Origin: Verrucomicrobiota bacterium
GTDB lineage: Bacteria; Verrucomicrobiota; Verrucomicrobiia; Opitutales; Cerasicoccaceae
DNA: 64,000 nt
Direction of reading: 5' to 3'
Assembly: GCA_039818205.1 (NCBI GenBank)
Contig: JBCBUK010000010.1
Location: forward strand, 32,001 to 96,000
In this document: piece by piece, positions 60,128 through 64,000 of the stretch
How the letters are laid out: each line of letters starts with the position of its first letter
Position numbering within the stretch: position 1 is the stretch's first letter
Made by a program: the position numbers and the translations under genes
Notes under the pieces: generated by a model
Seen by the model: the letters and a program-made list of their open reading frames with translations, nothing else
The model's database searches: none
Told to the model about the DNA's origin: nothing

Positions 60128-61921
60128 ATGAAGGTTACCACACTCTCAGTCCTTTGCCTGTTCGGGAGCCTGCTGGCTTCGTATTCCGTTCGGGCTGCAG
60201 ACTTTGTTTTTGTTAATCAGGATGCCGCTGGTGTTGGTCTTAATGACACGACTCCAGTTTCTCCGGTTGGCGGTAACCCAGGCACAACCCTGGGGCAACA
60301 ACGGCTCTTTGCACTTGAAGAGGTTGGTCGAATTTGGGGACAGTTTTTGCAGAGCGATGTACCGATTCGGGTCGGTGTGCGCTTTGGTGATCTTGGTAGT
60401 GGAGGAGCCTTAGCGCAAGCGGGGCCAGATAGCTTTGAGGTTAACTTCACAGGCGCTCCAGAGCGTGATGTCTTTTACCCGATTGCGTTGGCGAACAGTC
60501 TCGCGGGTTTCGACTTAGAGCCGACGCGTAATGACTTGTCCACGACGATCAATATCAACCTCGACAGCACGGTGCCTCGTCGTTGGTACTATGGCTTCGA
60601 TGGTCAGCCTTCTGGTTCCCAGGTCGACTTTATCGATGTCGTGTTGCATGAAGTAGGGCATGGTCTGGGATTTTCCGCTGTCACTAGCTTTACTTCTGGC
60701 AATTTCCTTTTTGGCCGACCGGCCGTCTACGCAACCTTTCTGGAGGACCTGACACTGGGGCTTCGTTGGACCGAGATGACGAGTGCTCAACGTCTGGCTT
60801 CAGTGAACAATGATCCGAATGTGGTTTGGAATGGACCCAGTACCATTGCCGGTGCGCCGAGTATCCTGCAGGCTGGCAATATTAGCTTTGAAGCTACGAG
60901 CCCTGCGTCATTCGCTCGCAGCTTCAGTTTTGCTGAGGCTGGTTTTGGTCCAGCGATCACGGGGAATCCGATCACGGCGGAGATCGTCGAAATCATTGAT
61001 GGCGCCGAGCCAACCAATGATGCCTGCAGCGACATTTTGAACGGCTTCGAACTAGCCGGTAAGATCGCTTTCCTATCACGGGGCACCTGTAATTTTGATG
61101 ACAAAATATTTCGTGCACAGCAAGCCGGCGCGATCGCTGTGGTCGTTGGCAACAATGTAGGTGGGGCTCCGATTGTCATGGGCGGCGATTCGGTGGTAAA
61201 TGGCCAGCCAGTCACCATCTCGATTCCGAGCATCATGATTTCGCAAACGGATGCCAGTGCGATTCGAGCACAGCTCGATGCCGCGACAACCGTGATTGTC
61301 CGTCTCGGAGCTAGCGGCGAACTGTTTGGTGCAAACCAAGGGAAGGTCCGGGTTCATGCGCCTTCAAGTACCGCTTCCGGTTCGTCCATCTCGCATTGGA
61401 GTACGGCAACGTTCCCCAACCTGCTCATGGAGCCTTCGATCAATCGGAACTTACGCGATGACCTTGATCTCTCCCTGACCGCCTTGCGGGACATGGGTTG
61501 GGTAGTCCTTGATATCCCATACCCACACCTGACCCTTGAGCTGTGGCAGGAGGAAAATTTTCCTTCGGCAGGTAGTAGTGCCCTCGCAAATGCTGATCCT
61601 GATTTTGACGGGCTGACCAACCTTGAGGAATATGCCTTCGGCGAGAATCCTAATTCTTCCACCTCTAATGCGTTCCCGGTCTTCCAAAGTATGGGTGACA
61701 CGCAGTCCATCGCCTACAGCCGTAGCGTTACGGCCACGGACATCAACTACTCGTACGAATATAGCACAGACCTTACGAACTGGCTTCCTGCCGAGGTTGG
61801 TGTGGACATCGGTGCTGAGGTCACAACGCCGCTCGGGAGCGAAGCGGAGCGAGTTTCCGTTGAAATTATTCGGAATGATCCTCGGGTGTTCCTGCGTCTG
61901 CGGCTAGAGCAGGTGATGTGA
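60128..61921 (+). CDS. secreted zinc metallopeptidase with PA domain and Verrucomicrobia-type C-terminal domain
   Basis: Signal peptide, HEVGHGLG, PA domain (GKIAFLSRGTCNF..K..AQQAGAIAVVVGNN), SSISHW, LMEP, DPDFDGLTNLEEYAFG.NP...FLRLRL. Confidence 0.88.
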   Translation: MKVTTLSVLCLFGSLLASYSVRAADFVFVNQDAAGVGLNDTTPVSPVGGNPGTTLGQQRLFALEEVGRIWGQFLQSDVPIRVGVRFGDLGSGGALAQAGPDSFEVNFTGAPERDVFYPIALANSLAGFDLEPTRNDLSTTININLDSTVPRRWYYGFDGQPSGSQVDFIDVVLHEVGHGLGFSAVTSFTSGNFLFGRPAVYATFLEDLTLGLRWTEMTSAQRLASVNNDPNVVWNGPSTIAGAPSILQAGNISFEATSPASFARSFSFAEAGFGPAITGNPITAEIVEIIDGAEPTNDACSDILNGFELAGKIAFLSRGTCNFDDKIFRAQQAGAIAVVVGNNVGGAPIVMGGDSVVNGQPVTISIPSIMISQTDASAIRAQLDAATTVIVRLGASGELFGANQGKVRVHAPSSTASGSSISHWSTATFPNLLMEPSINRNLRDDLDLSLTALRDMGWVVLDIPYPHLTLELWQEENFPSAGSSALANADPDFDGLTNLEEYAFGENPNSSTSNAFPVFQSMGDTQSIAYSRSVTATDINYSYEYSTDLTNWLPAEVGVDIGAEVTTPLGSEAERVSVEIIRNDPRVFLRLRLEQVM

Positions 61922-62044
61922 GCTCGGGATCGTGCTGTAGACCGAGTCGATTTCGTTTGCCTGATCATCGCTGGGAAGTCGCCGCTTTCGATAAATCAGC
62001 ATCTGTTTCTTGATTTTCGCCGTTAGCTGAATTCAAGAGAGACT

Positions 62045-62428
62045 ATGACATTGCAATTTTTAGGCCGTTGGTTTCTTGGGTTTGGCGCATTTTTGATCGT
62101 GTGTGGAGTTCTTGGATTTCTATCGAACCCAGAGAAAGCGAAGACTGCCTTGATGAGCGGTGGCACCTTCGGCCTGCTCTCAATTGGGTGGGGATTTTGG
62201 ATTCTTAAGGGAGGGCGAAAGGTTGCTTGGATTGCTGCAGCTGGGACCACGCTTTTGTTGATCGCCGCGTTTACCTGGCGATCGATTGCGAGCTGGCAGG
62301 CGTATTTTGCCGGGGAGCCCAAGCTTATTGCGGCTGTCTTGATTACTGCAATGTGGATTGGATCAGCGGCAAGCCTCGTCGTTCTCATGAAGACACGCTC
62401 GCTGTCCTTTGGGGCGGCTACGAGCTAA
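62045..62428 (+). CDS. TMEM14-family small membrane protein
   Basis: Four short TMs; G.FLIVCGVLGF...KTALMSGGTFG. Confidence 0.7.
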   Translation: MTLQFLGRWFLGFGAFLIVCGVLGFLSNPEKAKTALMSGGTFGLLSIGWGFWILKGGRKVAWIAAAGTTLLLIAAFTWRSIASWQAYFAGEPKLIAAVLITAMWIGSAASLVVLMKTRSLSFGAATS

Positions 62429-62640
62429 GCTTCCCGAGTTTGACCGATTCCCAATAGTGGTGCGACGTGGTTTCAGTCATGAACATTGGTGTTTTGTGTG
62501 TGCCAACTCGACCATTGAGATAAGAGGAACTGGCCTGCGCGACACCGTCGGAGGTTTTCAGGGGCCTTGATTTCTGGAGCCGAACGATGGTTACTGTTAT
62601 CGTTGCTCCTGGCATATAATTCTGTTCACAATCGCTATCT

Positions 62641-63705
62641 ATGGAACTGTTGATCGTATATGTTCTGATTGCCTTGGTGTTCTCGTTCTTGTGCTCCTTG
62701 CTCGAGGCGACTCTCTTGACCATTAGTCCGTCGAAGGTTGAATCGGCGAAGTCCGGAGGGCTTCCCTGGGGAAAGCGGATGGAAAGATTGAAGGATGACA
62801 TTGATCGTCCGCTGTCGGCAATTTTGACACTCAATACGATTGCACATACTATGGGTGCCGCTGGTGCTGGTGCGCAGTATGCGCGGGTCTTTGGGAATGT
62901 TGGAGAGTCGATTTTCGCTGCTATTTTGACGCTGCTTATTTTGATCTGCACAGAGATTATCCCAAAGACATTAGGCGCTAGATATGCTCAGTTTTTTGCA
63001 CCCTTTGTTTCGTGGTTCTTGCCGGGCTTGATAGGCCTCCTGAGCCCTCTGGTTTGGTTCAGCAAGAAGATCACGCGCCTTATTACCCGCGGTGATGCTA
63101 CAGTAGCGCATACTGATCGCGATGAGCTCATGGCGATGGCCAACCTGGGTGAGGAAGAAGGGGTGATTGATCAGCACCAGAAAAGCGTTTTTCAGAACAT
63201 CCTGATGCTCGATTCAGTCAAAGTTCAGGACATCATGACGCCCCGGCCAGTCGTGTTTATGCTCTCTGAAGACACCACCGGATCTGAGTTTGTCCAGCTC
63301 ACCCAAGACAAGCCGTTTACCCGCATACCGATCTATGGAAAGACCAGAGATGAGGTGGCGGGATTTGTCGTGCGAGCGGAGGTGTTGAACAAGAAATTGG
63401 TTTCGCCGGACGAGTTTACGATCAAGGAGCTCAGTCGTCCGATTAATGTAACGCCCGAAACCGAAGCCGTTGACTCATTGTTTCGTCGGCTTTCCAAGGA
63501 GAAGACCCACATCAATTTGGTTACTGATGACTTTGGTTCTGTTTCGGGAGTAGTCACCTTTGAAGATGTTATCGAAACGGTGCTTGGGTTTGAGATCGTG
63601 GACGAAACCGATCTTCACCAGGACCTGCAAGCACTGGCACGGAAGCTGTGGCAGGCACGCGCAGAGCGCATGGGAATCTCGACCGAGAACGAGCCGAATG
63701 ATTAG
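62641..63705 (+). CDS. CNNM (DUF21)-CBS domain protein
   Basis: SFLCSLLEATLL, SAILTLNTIAHT, EIIPKTLG, IMTPR, GVVTFEDVIE. Confidence 0.93.
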   Translation: MELLIVYVLIALVFSFLCSLLEATLLTISPSKVESAKSGGLPWGKRMERLKDDIDRPLSAILTLNTIAHTMGAAGAGAQYARVFGNVGESIFAAILTLLILICTEIIPKTLGARYAQFFAPFVSWFLPGLIGLLSPLVWFSKKITRLITRGDATVAHTDRDELMAMANLGEEEGVIDQHQKSVFQNILMLDSVKVQDIMTPRPVVFMLSEDTTGSEFVQLTQDKPFTRIPIYGKTRDEVAGFVVRAEVLNKKLVSPDEFTIKELSRPINVTPETEAVDSLFRRLSKEKTHINLVTDDFGSVSGVVTFEDVIETVLGFEIVDETDLHQDLQALARKLWQARAERMGISTENEPND

Positions 63706-64000
63706 ATCGGACTTTCTCGGAACTGTGTTCTGAGGCGATCGTGGAACGCGCAAATATGCCTTGGATACATCTGGACAATTTCGAAGTGAGACGACGGTGA
63801 ATTGATAGCTTTGAATCACAAGCGCGTAACCACCTATATCGGTTCTGCGCAATTGGAGATAAAATTTACGCCATTGACCATTGGCTGAGTCCCGGAAATT
63901 TGTTAAGCTATAAGTCTCCCCTGTTCGTCAGTCGATGGCATCCGTTTGCCTGACGAATTTTGACTCCCCCATCTCATTATTACTGAATTTATCATGTAAA

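Noticed and set aside
63706..64000. Terminal non-coding stretch as an RNA gene
   Set aside because: No tRNA, rRNA or riboswitch pattern recognised; probably the promoter region of a gene beyond the window.

Overview
A gene-dense bacterial chromosome segment. It is probably Verrucomicrobiota (Opitutia-like); this is inferred from a VPEP/PEP-CTERM protein and a Verrucomicrobia-type C-terminal domain on a secreted peptidase, not from a database search. Most of the window is housekeeping: the 3' part of mnmG, phoBR-like genes, trmB, a sugar ABC transporter, glpK, SSS and NCS2 transporters, xpt, oligopeptidase A, an SNF2 helicase, cls, purE, an NtrC-like regulator, frameshifted prfB, sucAB-lpdA and oxyR-ankyrin-katG. 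The stand-out feature is an AT-richer block of about 11.7 kb (40507-52215) directly after lpdA, made of two divergent operons. The left arm is [2TM protein with an internally duplicated unknown domain]-[TIR]-[SLOG]. The right arm is [TIR]-[2086-aa nSTAND1 NTPase-TM-three ~555-aa beta-propeller modules]. Together they look like a candidate NLR-like/TIR-SLOG nucleotide-signalling immune or conflict system that matches no named system I recognise. Other signals: two perfect parS palindromes inside an in-frame insertion of mnmG; an ACTTTG-N5-CAAAGT operator present three times before the SNF2 and VIT/PEP-CTERM genes; an NCS2 permease fused to a degenerate RsbW-like domain; acpH interrupted by one TGA at a Trp position; Pho-box-like and OxyR-box-like sites; and several small ORFs missed by the track. 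I saw no rRNA, tRNA, CRISPR array, transposase or integrase. All family calls come from motif recognition by eye.
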